A DNA stretch of 43,531 nt from a virus. Shown here one piece after another: positions 14,301 to 21,257 of this stretch (within the stretch, counting starts at the first letter, position 1; each line of letters begins with the position of its first letter). The stretch is from the IMG/VR virus record IMGVR_UViG_3300045988_130695, positions 1 to 43,531 of that record; one strand, 5' to 3'. A program made the translations under genes and the position numbers. A model generated the notes under the pieces. The model worked only from the letters and a program-made list of their open reading frames with translations, ran no database searches and was not told the DNA's origin.

Positions 14301-17300
14301 CTCGTCACCGGAAGTAAAACCATTAGCTTCAGCTATCATATCAAAAGTTGCCATTTTACTTTCATCAAAATTACCTTCTAAATATCTGTTAGCTACGCCC
14401 TTCGCTGTTTTTAAATCAGATGCAATATCAAGTATCTGCTCCGAAGCCATATATAACGGCTGTTTTGCAATCGCTTCTTTGACCTGCGGCTCTACATCTT
14501 CACGATATTTTTGAATCCGGTCTTTACGCTCCTGATTGAAATTAACAAGGCTTTCTTTTGTTAATAACTGTACTGCCTTATCGTGAGCTTTAGCAGCAAA
14601 ATTACGCAGCATTTGCTTGCGTGGTTCTGAAAGTGTATCTAACACAACATCTGGCAAAGCAGAAAAATAACCGTCAATACGCTCCATTTCTGATATTTGC
14701 TCTTCACTTGCCAGCATCCTGTCAAAAACCTGCCTTACTTCATCGTTGATTGGAACAGCATTTTTACTGCGCTTATCCGAAAAAACGGCGTTATAAATAG
14801 CAAGCAGCCATTTTTTGAACCTGTTAAATACCGGCTGCAGCTCTTTTGAGGGCGCCTTGCCTTCAAGCATATAAGTTTCTGCGGCCTCTGCCCAGCGTTC
14901 ATGTGCTGCTGTTTTTTCTTCCTGCGACAAGCTATCCCAGTCTTTAGTGACACCGGCATAATCAAGCATAGTCTGACGGTCTTTTTTCATCTGCTCTGTA
15001 GCATTAGGGAGAGCCCCTTCACGCATGAGATTCTCAATAAAGTAATGTCCGACAGCTTCATGAATAACAGTGCTCATATCAGCACCTTCAAACAGGCTGA
15101 TAATTGCTTTGCCTTCTTCGTCCCAGGTGATAGCGCCTTTAGTTTTCCCTTCGGCCTGGTAGTATCCCTGCATTTCTTCTCGTCTCTTGCGGAGTGCATT
15201 TTCATCTGGTATACTATTATTAAGAAGACTGTCAAGATCGGTTATTCTGCTAGCGGAATCGCTGCTAGGAGAAGGTAGCCACTTGGCAGTCTTTTCTTTA
15301 TTTATATATGATACTCTACCTTTTTTTAGATTGTGTTCTATAAACCAGTTATAATCTGTACCACTTTCTCCGCCTTTACCGTACGCACTCGTAATTGCAT
15401 TAACTTTATACCAACTACGCTCTACATCAAGTTCTAAAGGAACAATAATGGTAGATCCTTGCTTGTCCTTTAAATCAAGCACTACAATTTTACGACCAGA
15501 ATAAGAATCTAATACCATCATTGGGTCAGCCATTGCGCGAGGAATTTGTTTCAACAGCTCCGGTGTCATACCATCAGAATGTCCGTCAAAAATGTGTTTA
15601 ATCTTACTTCCGTCAATAGTCACAGGCAAAATTTTACCGCCCGCAAGTCCCAATGCAAGAGGTGTCGTCATAACATTATAGGTTTTAGTATCATTTATTT
15701 TCCCAGCAGTATATTCATCTACGATACCAGAAAAGTTATTTTCATCCTCAAGCAATTTTTCGTTAGCACTTTTAGTTTGCATATACCGGCCATTAGGAGT
15801 GCTGATAACTCGTTTGAAGCTTAAAGGGTTATCTCTGAAATACTGCATAGGGTCATCAGGATTAGCAATCATTGCACGGCTGGTTAAAATAGCCAGGACG
15901 TCACCTGTTTCCTTTTGATTTAGTCCCGCTTCGGTCAATTCATTTCTAAAAGTATCAACTGCAGTTCTAAATTCCTCGTCGTTCTCCAACGCTTTTTTAT
16001 AAGCGCTTTGGAGAGCTTTTTTATTTCTGGCGCGTTCTTCTGTATAACCACCCTGTTCAAAAGCTACGTTATTGCTTACAGCCTGGAAAAAGCCAGGATT
16101 TTGAGCCTCTGCCGCACAATACGTACCCATTGGCATTTCAATATCCTCACCACGAACAGCAGCAGCCTGCAGTTCAGAAACCTCTATACCAAAGGTATCT
16201 TTTACATCCAGGTTAGGATTTGCCTGCGCATATGTAAAAAGGGTTTCAGCATCTACATAAGCCTTTTCTTCTGTCGTTTGGTTCAGTACTAGTTTGCTGG
16301 CGGTAATATCTACGTCCTTACTGTTTTTCATCGTTTCCGCAGTACGTACAGCCTGCTCCTGCATAACTCTATTTGCATTACGGTCTACGGCAATGCTTAC
16401 CGAACCTCCAAGACCACCAAACACCGCACCAATAGCACCGGAATAAGCGCCTCTTTTAGTGATTTCTCCAAATTCCTGATAAAATTTAAGTATTTGCTCT
16501 TGAGTGGAAAGATTCGCATTTTTAGCCCATATTTCAGCAGCAGCATCCGGGTATTCCTGAATCCATTCAGTAATGCCTTCTGTCAATGCAGTTTTAAAAA
16601 CTTCTTTGGTCTTACCGCCCATAGTTGCGATTTTAGCGGCTCTTGCTCCTGCTCCCATGACTTTGCCCAAGCCCACTTTTTCAAGAGCAGACTGTGCAAC
16701 AGCGTTTAAAGACGCCGCAGCTCTGGCTCTGTCATTAGATACCCCAGCTTCAGTAAGATCTAAATATTGGCCGCCTGCAATCTGACTGCCCATAAAAGCA
16801 GCAGCACTCCAGCCGCCTGTACTGATTGCAACGCCGACCTGTGCCGCTAATTGTGGTGCATTCTGCAGTAAGTCATAATAAAACTGGCCTGCCGCAGTTT
16901 CAGCCTTTACTTCTTCCGGCTTAAATATTTCACTGCCACCAATGCGTTTAGCTTCAGTACCAATAGTTTTTAGCTTATCTCCACCGACAGCATACAAAAG
17001 CCGTCCTATTGTATCTGCGCTAAAAACCTTGGATTCCGTTGTCAAGTCAACATCTTTTTTATCTGCACCCAAATCAGCAAGCAGTGCAACTGCACCATAA
17101 CCGCTGCGAGCAACATTCTTAAAACCATTTTTCAGCGCTGTAATACTTTTCCAGTTATTTTCTTGCTCGCCCCAAAATTCTGCAGCTTTAGTACCGGTAA
17201 TGCTCATAAGCACAGGGTCTTTTAACGCCTCTGCTGTTCTTGGTGCGATCTTCTCATATTTATTCCAGTCATAATCAAAGTTTTTAGGTAAATAATAATC

Positions 17301-17426
17301 AGGATTACGAGCTGCCATTTGAAGCGATATATTATTTGCATTAGCTCCTTGTAATGCTTTAGTCTTTAAATCGTCTGGTATAAACTTTCCTGCCGCTGCT
17401 ACATCGTACAATACAGACCTTGCCAT
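11361..17426 (-). CDS. Giant virion/ejection protein (2021 aa), polyvalent-protein-like: PBECR-like nuclease-type segment, HExxH segment, C-terminal membrane-active region
   Basis: Uninterrupted 6-kb ORF, last of three internal-protein genes. KIKHIFDGHSDGMTPELLKQIPRAMADP.. lies at about 15380..15620 and IHEAVGH at 15045..15065. Confidence 0.8.
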   Translation of the reverse strand: MARSVLYDVAAAGKFIPDDLKTKALQGANANNISLQMAARNPDYYLPKNFDYDWNKYEKIAPRTAEALKDPVLMSITGTKAAEFWGEQENNWKSITALKNGFKNVARSGYGAVALLADLGADKKDVDLTTESKVFSADTIGRLLYAVGGDKLKTIGTEAKRIGGSEIFKPEEVKAETAAGQFYYDLLQNAPQLAAQVGVAISTGGWSAAAFMGSQIAGGQYLDLTEAGVSNDRARAAASLNAVAQSALEKVGLGKVMGAGARAAKIATMGGKTKEVFKTALTEGITEWIQEYPDAAAEIWAKNANLSTQEQILKFYQEFGEITKRGAYSGAIGAVFGGLGGSVSIAVDRNANRVMQEQAVRTAETMKNSKDVDITASKLVLNQTTEEKAYVDAETLFTYAQANPNLDVKDTFGIEVSELQAAAVRGEDIEMPMGTYCAAEAQNPGFFQAVSNNVAFEQGGYTEERARNKKALQSAYKKALENDEEFRTAVDTFRNELTEAGLNQKETGDVLAILTSRAMIANPDDPMQYFRDNPLSFKRVISTPNGRYMQTKSANEKLLEDENNFSGIVDEYTAGKINDTKTYNVMTTPLALGLAGGKILPVTIDGSKIKHIFDGHSDGMTPELLKQIPRAMADPMMVLDSYSGRKIVVLDLKDKQGSTIIVPLELDVERSWYKVNAITSAYGKGGESGTDYNWFIEHNLKKGRVSYINKEKTAKWLPSPSSDSASRITDLDSLLNNSIPDENALRKRREEMQGYYQAEGKTKGAITWDEEGKAIISLFEGADMSTVIHEAVGHYFIENLMREGALPNATEQMKKDRQTMLDYAGVTKDWDSLSQEEKTAAHERWAEAAETYMLEGKAPSKELQPVFNRFKKWLLAIYNAVFSDKRSKNAVPINDEVRQVFDRMLASEEQISEMERIDGYFSALPDVVLDTLSEPRKQMLRNFAAKAHDKAVQLLTKESLVNFNQERKDRIQKYREDVEPQVKEAIAKQPLYMASEQILDIASDLKTAKGVANRYLEGNFDESKMATFDMIAEANGFTSGDELAKTIMSEPSFNGAVNRHIDEMVQDAFPDIYKERGLAEEAARDAMYNDESGLLINTEAQLIEDKAQGLLKGQRDAETLRKLAVARRQTAKIQAQMDLQNRVKLKEALNTQKYITAERNAAAKAAVALENDDYSAAVRYKNVQAFNHACVVESVRLRNQYAKWQNYFRKQAKAKRETWGNERNFIQAAAIMERFGYKRKDYSDFEKTETLSDYLNDMDDLYDNVAVADWIMDEDVSITNPRERMTASQLEDVVNALKNIKAIAKQEMSINALQKGATYAEFKAEAQETLNKLKTIWKPQVGVAQQPTVMEKLKASLRSTDNLFEMMDDWQYGFFSKHFGAAIREAADNETRKILEYEEKTAQAYREWLPDKAAEKAADYQEKYDELGTSVDKHVLLKMLMNLGNESSARVLCSTRPVGFESSALWVDGDIVQTKINLLDFLGRNLTEADIKYAQAKIDIAEMYWSEMEALETRWTGFSPKKVEASPVELTLSDGKTVVMRGGYFPLMRDGDTGSKHAGQEVISDTDPRQGRNIRTMSTRRGHLKERVKAKYPVNLKRGAEFNVAMDAIHDLCFREVMGDFRKIMNDQEMYTLIKEKLGLADFSAFKEYLERAANPQGTNSGSVGESWMGSVANWLRARTVNAAIMLNLKTAVQNLGNPLLYGNAVDGFGYSDVVAAVSNYSMNMQLAEGYKSAKEFVYSKSPWMKERSVLPDISLRDMKEMESLNPIEKKAVEFGTRLLVATDNLSAIPVWMQAYGKKIRAGAGEAEAVDFANTVIRRTLGSSRVTEVAPLLRGGPMLKLFTTFQGFFNTQYNQWAREYNIFLKEKDIMRLTSFVGAKFVMFAFINLMLSAEDPFEEDKDEYQKISKEMLTYPMSLAGPVGQVGNAIWSRALGMQTYGYRMTAVQGTIEQMERAAGKVQKVYQGKADYDELVEPTATFVGTALGVPAQLNKLFFNGYDILFNGMEPEVGDIFRRRPKKER

Positions 17427-17427
17427 A

Positions 17428-19704
17428 TTACCACTCCTCGTTAATTTCTCCTCTTAATGCCGCTAAGTGACGTTGTTTGATAGATTCAATAGCATCACTG
17501 AAATTCATTGCCGCCAAACCAGTGCGCTCACTGGCTCCCCAATCACTGAACCACGGAGTACTTTCATTTTGCTGTACTGCGGTTTCATTCTGCTGTGGCA
17601 TCTCCAGTAAATGCGGAGCTGCATCTACACCATTGCTCAAAGCTATAGCAGCAATCTGCTTATTGAGCTCCTGGATATCCATAGGCCTATTTTCTTCTGT
17701 AACTTTTTTCAATGCCGATACTTGATATAAATCATTAGGGTTTATAGCTCCAAAAAATGTTTTTGCACTTCCCAAATCAATATTATTGCCGTTACGTTTT
17801 TGATAAATATCTATATAAGGGGAAAGATTAGGTGAAAGGCTACTCTTTAAAGAGCCCCATTCAAGTTGCTTACTGTTGAAGCTTTTATAAATAGCACGAT
17901 TTTTAAACGCCTCTTTTAGAACTTCGTTCCCTGTCGCAAATCTTGCATCAGGGTCAGTAATATCTTGCAATGCATTATCCAGAAAAGCCTGCAAATCTCC
18001 GCGTTCCACTTTATCATCAATAGTTTCATCAATTATAATAGCTAAACGTTTATCAACATCCTTATTTCTTGGATCTTGATTTCTAGCAAAAGCCAATAAC
18101 CTGCTTCTATCTGCTTCACCCAAGACTGTTGCATTTTGGTTGATTAATGATACTGCTTCGGCTGGTGTTACAGTGCTATTCGTAATTGCATCCTTGATCG
18201 ATTTATAAATGCCACTATTAGATACCGCAGCGGCAGCTTTTGTCTGAATGCCTATTAAATCATCACCGAATTTTAATAACGTCCGTTCTACATCTGCATC
18301 TCCACCAGAAGCACTAAAAACCATATTTCTCATATCCTGCGAATCAATAATACCTGTTTTAAAATTATCCCATAATCTTTGTTCTATATTTTTTATGATC
18401 ATATTTTGCTGATTAGTTTTAATGGCATCATTAATATTTTTCTGTTGCACATAATTGTTCCAGGCCTTCTGCCTATCTTCCAACGTAGGCGCATCGCTTA
18501 TCGGATGAGCAAAACCTAAAACTTTATAATGATCTAAATCCAAAGCAGCAACTCCATGCGTACCGCTTTGAATTACTTTTCCTGTAGAAGCATCATAAAC
18601 CCCTACATGATCGCTGTCGTCATTATCTTCCCAATCCCAATAAACAATATCACCATTTCGAAGCTGATTCCGTTGGGTAAAAAATACTCCATTGTCCTTT
18701 GCATCTTCCATATTGGTTGGCGCCCACGTATTTCCTTCTTTAGCTCCAGCAGATCTCAACCATCTATTGATACTAATAGTGCAAGTATTCTCACCATAAT
18801 TATTACCTATATCTGCACTAGCTGCTTTTACAATCGCCTTACCATCAACCTCTGTTTTAAAATTATCGCCAAAGATATAATCACGTGCAGCGCCTTCATC
18901 CTCACCAAAAGTAGCATAAAGGTTCTGTCCCATGTTAAACAGCCGTTCTTCTTGTTTGCGAGCATAAACATTTTTAGCATAGGCACTTGTTACGCCCGGA
19001 TCCATATAAGGACCATATTTTTCAACATAAGCTTCGGCCGTATTTATATCGCCATTAGCATAACTTCTGTCTATCAACGCCTGACCTAATACTCCAGTCC
19101 ATTTTCTATACTCTAAATCAAGCCTTTCTCTTCCATATGTTCCATATCTGGAATTTATGGCGTAATCAATTTCTTTTTGTACATCGGCTATAACTGCAGG
19201 GTCATTAGGAGATAAAACAGCCTTTTGAACAGAACTATTTATAGAATTAGCAAAAGTAGTATTCTGCCAGGCTTCAAACTGCTGCGCTCTGTATTGCCCC
19301 AAAACTCTGCGATTAGCATTATCAGTTTGCTGGGTGCTGTAATCAAATAACATAGCACCTTTGCCGTACTTTACGCTTTGAGGACTTTGAGCCATAAGCT
19401 CGCTGCGTATCTTTCTTTCACCAGCTTCATACTCACCGACAATGTCAAGAGCGCCTTTTTCTTTTTTCTGCATCAACTGCATTCTTAGATCGTTAGTACG
19501 TTTTACATACTCATTATTAGCCTGCAGAACGTCGGTTCTTATGATCTGCTCTCTTACATGCTCAACACCGGCCTGAATAATTCTACCGGTCTGGGATGAT
19601 TCTCTTGCAACAGCCTGCTGACCGCTGTTATCATAGCGGACATTAGATACTTTACTTGCCGGCGCTCCTAACTGCGCACCTACTTGGAAAATGTCGATTG
19701 CCAT
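17428..19704 (-). CDS. Internal virion protein with CHAP/NlpC-P60-type peptidoglycan hydrolase domain (758 aa)
   Basis: GENTCTISINRW (catalytic Cys context) and DSDHVGVYD (His) at about 18560..18800. Position between ejection proteins. Confidence 0.75.
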   Translation of the reverse strand: MAIDIFQVGAQLGAPASKVSNVRYDNSGQQAVARESSQTGRIIQAGVEHVREQIIRTDVLQANNEYVKRTNDLRMQLMQKKEKGALDIVGEYEAGERKIRSELMAQSPQSVKYGKGAMLFDYSTQQTDNANRRVLGQYRAQQFEAWQNTTFANSINSSVQKAVLSPNDPAVIADVQKEIDYAINSRYGTYGRERLDLEYRKWTGVLGQALIDRSYANGDINTAEAYVEKYGPYMDPGVTSAYAKNVYARKQEERLFNMGQNLYATFGEDEGAARDYIFGDNFKTEVDGKAIVKAASADIGNNYGENTCTISINRWLRSAGAKEGNTWAPTNMEDAKDNGVFFTQRNQLRNGDIVYWDWEDNDDSDHVGVYDASTGKVIQSGTHGVAALDLDHYKVLGFAHPISDAPTLEDRQKAWNNYVQQKNINDAIKTNQQNMIIKNIEQRLWDNFKTGIIDSQDMRNMVFSASGGDADVERTLLKFGDDLIGIQTKAAAAVSNSGIYKSIKDAITNSTVTPAEAVSLINQNATVLGEADRSRLLAFARNQDPRNKDVDKRLAIIIDETIDDKVERGDLQAFLDNALQDITDPDARFATGNEVLKEAFKNRAIYKSFNSKQLEWGSLKSSLSPNLSPYIDIYQKRNGNNIDLGSAKTFFGAINPNDLYQVSALKKVTEENRPMDIQELNKQIAAIALSNGVDAAPHLLEMPQQNETAVQQNESTPWFSDWGASERTGLAAMNFSDAIESIKQRHLAALRGEINEEW

Positions 19705-19726
19705 ATTCTAGCCTCCTTTTGGGTAT

Positions 19727-19759
19727 AGAAAAAGCGCTTTAACAAATTGTTAAGCGCTT
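19727..19759 (-). terminator. Rho-independent terminator just upstream of the 758-aa gene RBS
   Basis: On the - strand: AAGCGCTTAAC-AATTT-GTTAAAGCGCTT followed by TTTTCT. It overlaps the -35 of the + strand promoter. Confidence 0.6.
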
Positions 19760-19775
19760 AAAGGTGTGTTATAAT
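19747..19775 (+). promoter_or_regulatory. Promoter TTGTTA-17-TATAAT (TG-extended) for the small + strand ORF
   Basis: -35 at 19747..19752, 17-nt spacer ending in TGT, -10 at 19770..19775. Confidence 0.55.
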
Positions 19776-19836
19776 GTTGTCCGAGATAGTTTAACTATGT
19801 TGGCTTATCAGTCCGTAACTGATTGGTGGTGATCCT

Positions 19837-19914
19837 ATGAGCATATATCAAGCATTATCCCTAATGATAGCGTTTGGTATTCTCGTGGCTACCATTATTC
19901 TTGCCGTAAAATAG
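19837..19914 (+). CDS. 25-aa hydrophobic peptide MSIYQALSLMIAFGILVATIILAVK (type I toxin / holin-like toxin candidate)
   Basis: Not in the track. GGTGGTGA SD 5 nt upstream. Single TM plus terminal Lys. Opposite strand to all surrounding genes. Confidence 0.55.
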   Translation: MSIYQALSLMIAFGILVATIILAVK

Positions 19915-19924
19915 CAAGAAAATA

Positions 19925-20063
19925 AGCCCAACGTAAGGTCGCGGGCTCGTTTTCAATCACATTCTTGTTACGAGATGAGCTAACGCTACCACACGTTAAA
20001 CTATCTCTTTTCACATTTTACAATTATGAGGGAGAGCCAGCGTGCGACCACTGACTATCTCTT
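19925..20063 (-). ncRNA. Candidate antisense/antitoxin sRNA, convergent with the 25-aa ORF transcript
   Basis: It lies downstream of a near-consensus - strand promoter and contains no ORF. It would end at the AGCCC/GGGCT hairpin with T-rich flanks near 19926..19948. Boundaries are estimates. Confidence 0.3.
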
Positions 20064-20069
20064 TTCGTT

Positions 20070-20098
20070 TATTATATAATACATTTCGTACTAATGCA
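20070..20098 (-). promoter_or_regulatory. Promoter TTGCAT-17-TATAAT on the - strand
   Basis: -35 at 20098..20093 and -10 at 20075..20070. Located 34 nt downstream of the 215-aa gene stop. Confidence 0.55.
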
Positions 20099-20131
20099 AC
20101 ACTCTCTTACCACTCTCTTGGTACTCTTTTC

Positions 20132-20779
20132 TTAAATCCAGTTATAACCTGTGCTTGTACCATAAGTAGTTTTCCACTTACTAGAATCATAACCGCCTAA
20201 AGATATATTACCACTATTACCCCATCCATACCCGTCACTTCCTTTTCCATACGAGGAAGCACCTTGCTTTCCTGCGCTCTTAGGACTGTATAAACTACCT
20301 GCAAGAGATAACCCACTCATAAGCATATTATTCATAAGTGCACGCTTACCGGCTTTACGGTAATTGCGTGCATTTTGATTATAGATATCACGTTGATTAA
20401 CAAGGTCAGTAGACTGCTGAAAAATATTCTCAACGCCTTGCCTTGAATTATAGCGTTCAATAGCAAGCTCTGTTTCCATATTATACGCACTGTCAGCTAA
20501 AGCGTTTGCCGCACTGCCTGAAGCTGTTATACCGGAAGCGCCTATATTAGCCCTCTGCTGGCTTAACATAGCGTTCATACGCCGGCGTTTGTTTTCTTCG
20601 TTGATAGTATTTGACTTAGACTGTTCTTCAGCCTGTGCCTGCAGTTTATCTGCGTTCTGATTCGCTATCTGAGCATTTACCTCTGCCTGTTGAGCGGCAG
20701 CGTTATATTGCTGCTGCTGCGCTCTGCCCGAAATAAAGCCACCCAAAAGAGTGGCGCCTATTGCTGCCGCTACGCCCAT
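20132..20779 (-). CDS. Internal virion/ejection protein (215 aa; N-terminal hydrophobic segment, Gln/Ala-rich coiled coil, Gly/Ser/Tyr-rich tail)
   Basis: Composition and position (first of three consecutive internal-protein genes after the nozzle-like protein) resemble T7 gp14 / P22 ejection protein sets. Confidence 0.6.
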   Translation of the reverse strand: MGVAAAIGATLLGGFISGRAQQQQYNAAAQQAEVNAQIANQNADKLQAQAEEQSKSNTINEENKRRRMNAMLSQQRANIGASGITASGSAANALADSAYNMETELAIERYNSRQGVENIFQQSTDLVNQRDIYNQNARNYRKAGKRALMNNMLMSGLSLAGSLYSPKSAGKQGASSYGKGSDGYGWGNSGNISLGGYDSSKWKTTYGTSTGYNWI

Positions 20780-21249
20780 TATTCATCATCCTTTCTAAAC
20801 TCAAAAAAGTGATGCGGCAGATTATAAACTCCATGCGGCGCTGGTTCATGTATTTCTGCGCCAAGCCATTTAAGCCAACGCATTATATTATCATTTCCAA
20901 CATTGACCCAGTTATATAACCTGTCGTATCTCTTTAAAAGCCCTCTTACAGCCTTTTTAGTCTGCCTTCCGACAAATACCTTATGGTTCTCCGTTTCCTT
21001 CGTCATAAGCAGCCATACGCGACCCTCGTCGCTCATTATCGAAGCTTTTCTCACTCCATATACAGCAGCGGGTACGCCGTTGATATGCAGGCAGCCGATT
21101 TCATCACTGTGCTTCAATCCATCTAAAATATCATTAAGAGCGTTAGGGCCAATAGCAGAAAATAGTTCACTGTAATTATCTAGTTTAAGATTAGCCGCTA
21201 TATACTCAGCGTCTGCCCTTGTGGGCTTTACAAATTCATACTTTACCAT
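20779..21249 (-). CDS. Virion-associated hypothetical protein (156 aa)
   Basis: ORF with start/stop coupling to its neighbours, inside the tail/internal protein block. No confident family. Confidence 0.6.
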   Translation of the reverse strand: MVKYEFVKPTRADAEYIAANLKLDNYSELFSAIGPNALNDILDGLKHSDEIGCLHINGVPAAVYGVRKASIMSDEGRVWLLMTKETENHKVFVGRQTKKAVRGLLKRYDRLYNWVNVGNDNIMRWLKWLGAEIHEPAPHGVYNLPHHFFEFRKDDE

Positions 21250-21257
21250 AATACACC

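Noticed and set aside
19783-20007. The 13-nt repeat in the TA-like cassette read as direct antisense pairing between sRNA and toxin 5' UTR (as in par of pAD1)
   Set aside because: The repeat is inverted in the DNA, so the convergent sRNA would carry the same sequence as the mRNA 5' UTR, not its complement. It could only pair within a read-through mRNA or serve as a protein site. The TA call therefore rests on the 3' overlap geometry instead.
20041-20048. Octamer GTGCGACC recurring at 163, 20041, 31761 and 43418, considered as dispersed binding sites
   Set aside because: Beyond the two 21-bp att-arm copies, only 8 nt are shared. An 8-mer is expected about once by chance in this window on two strands.
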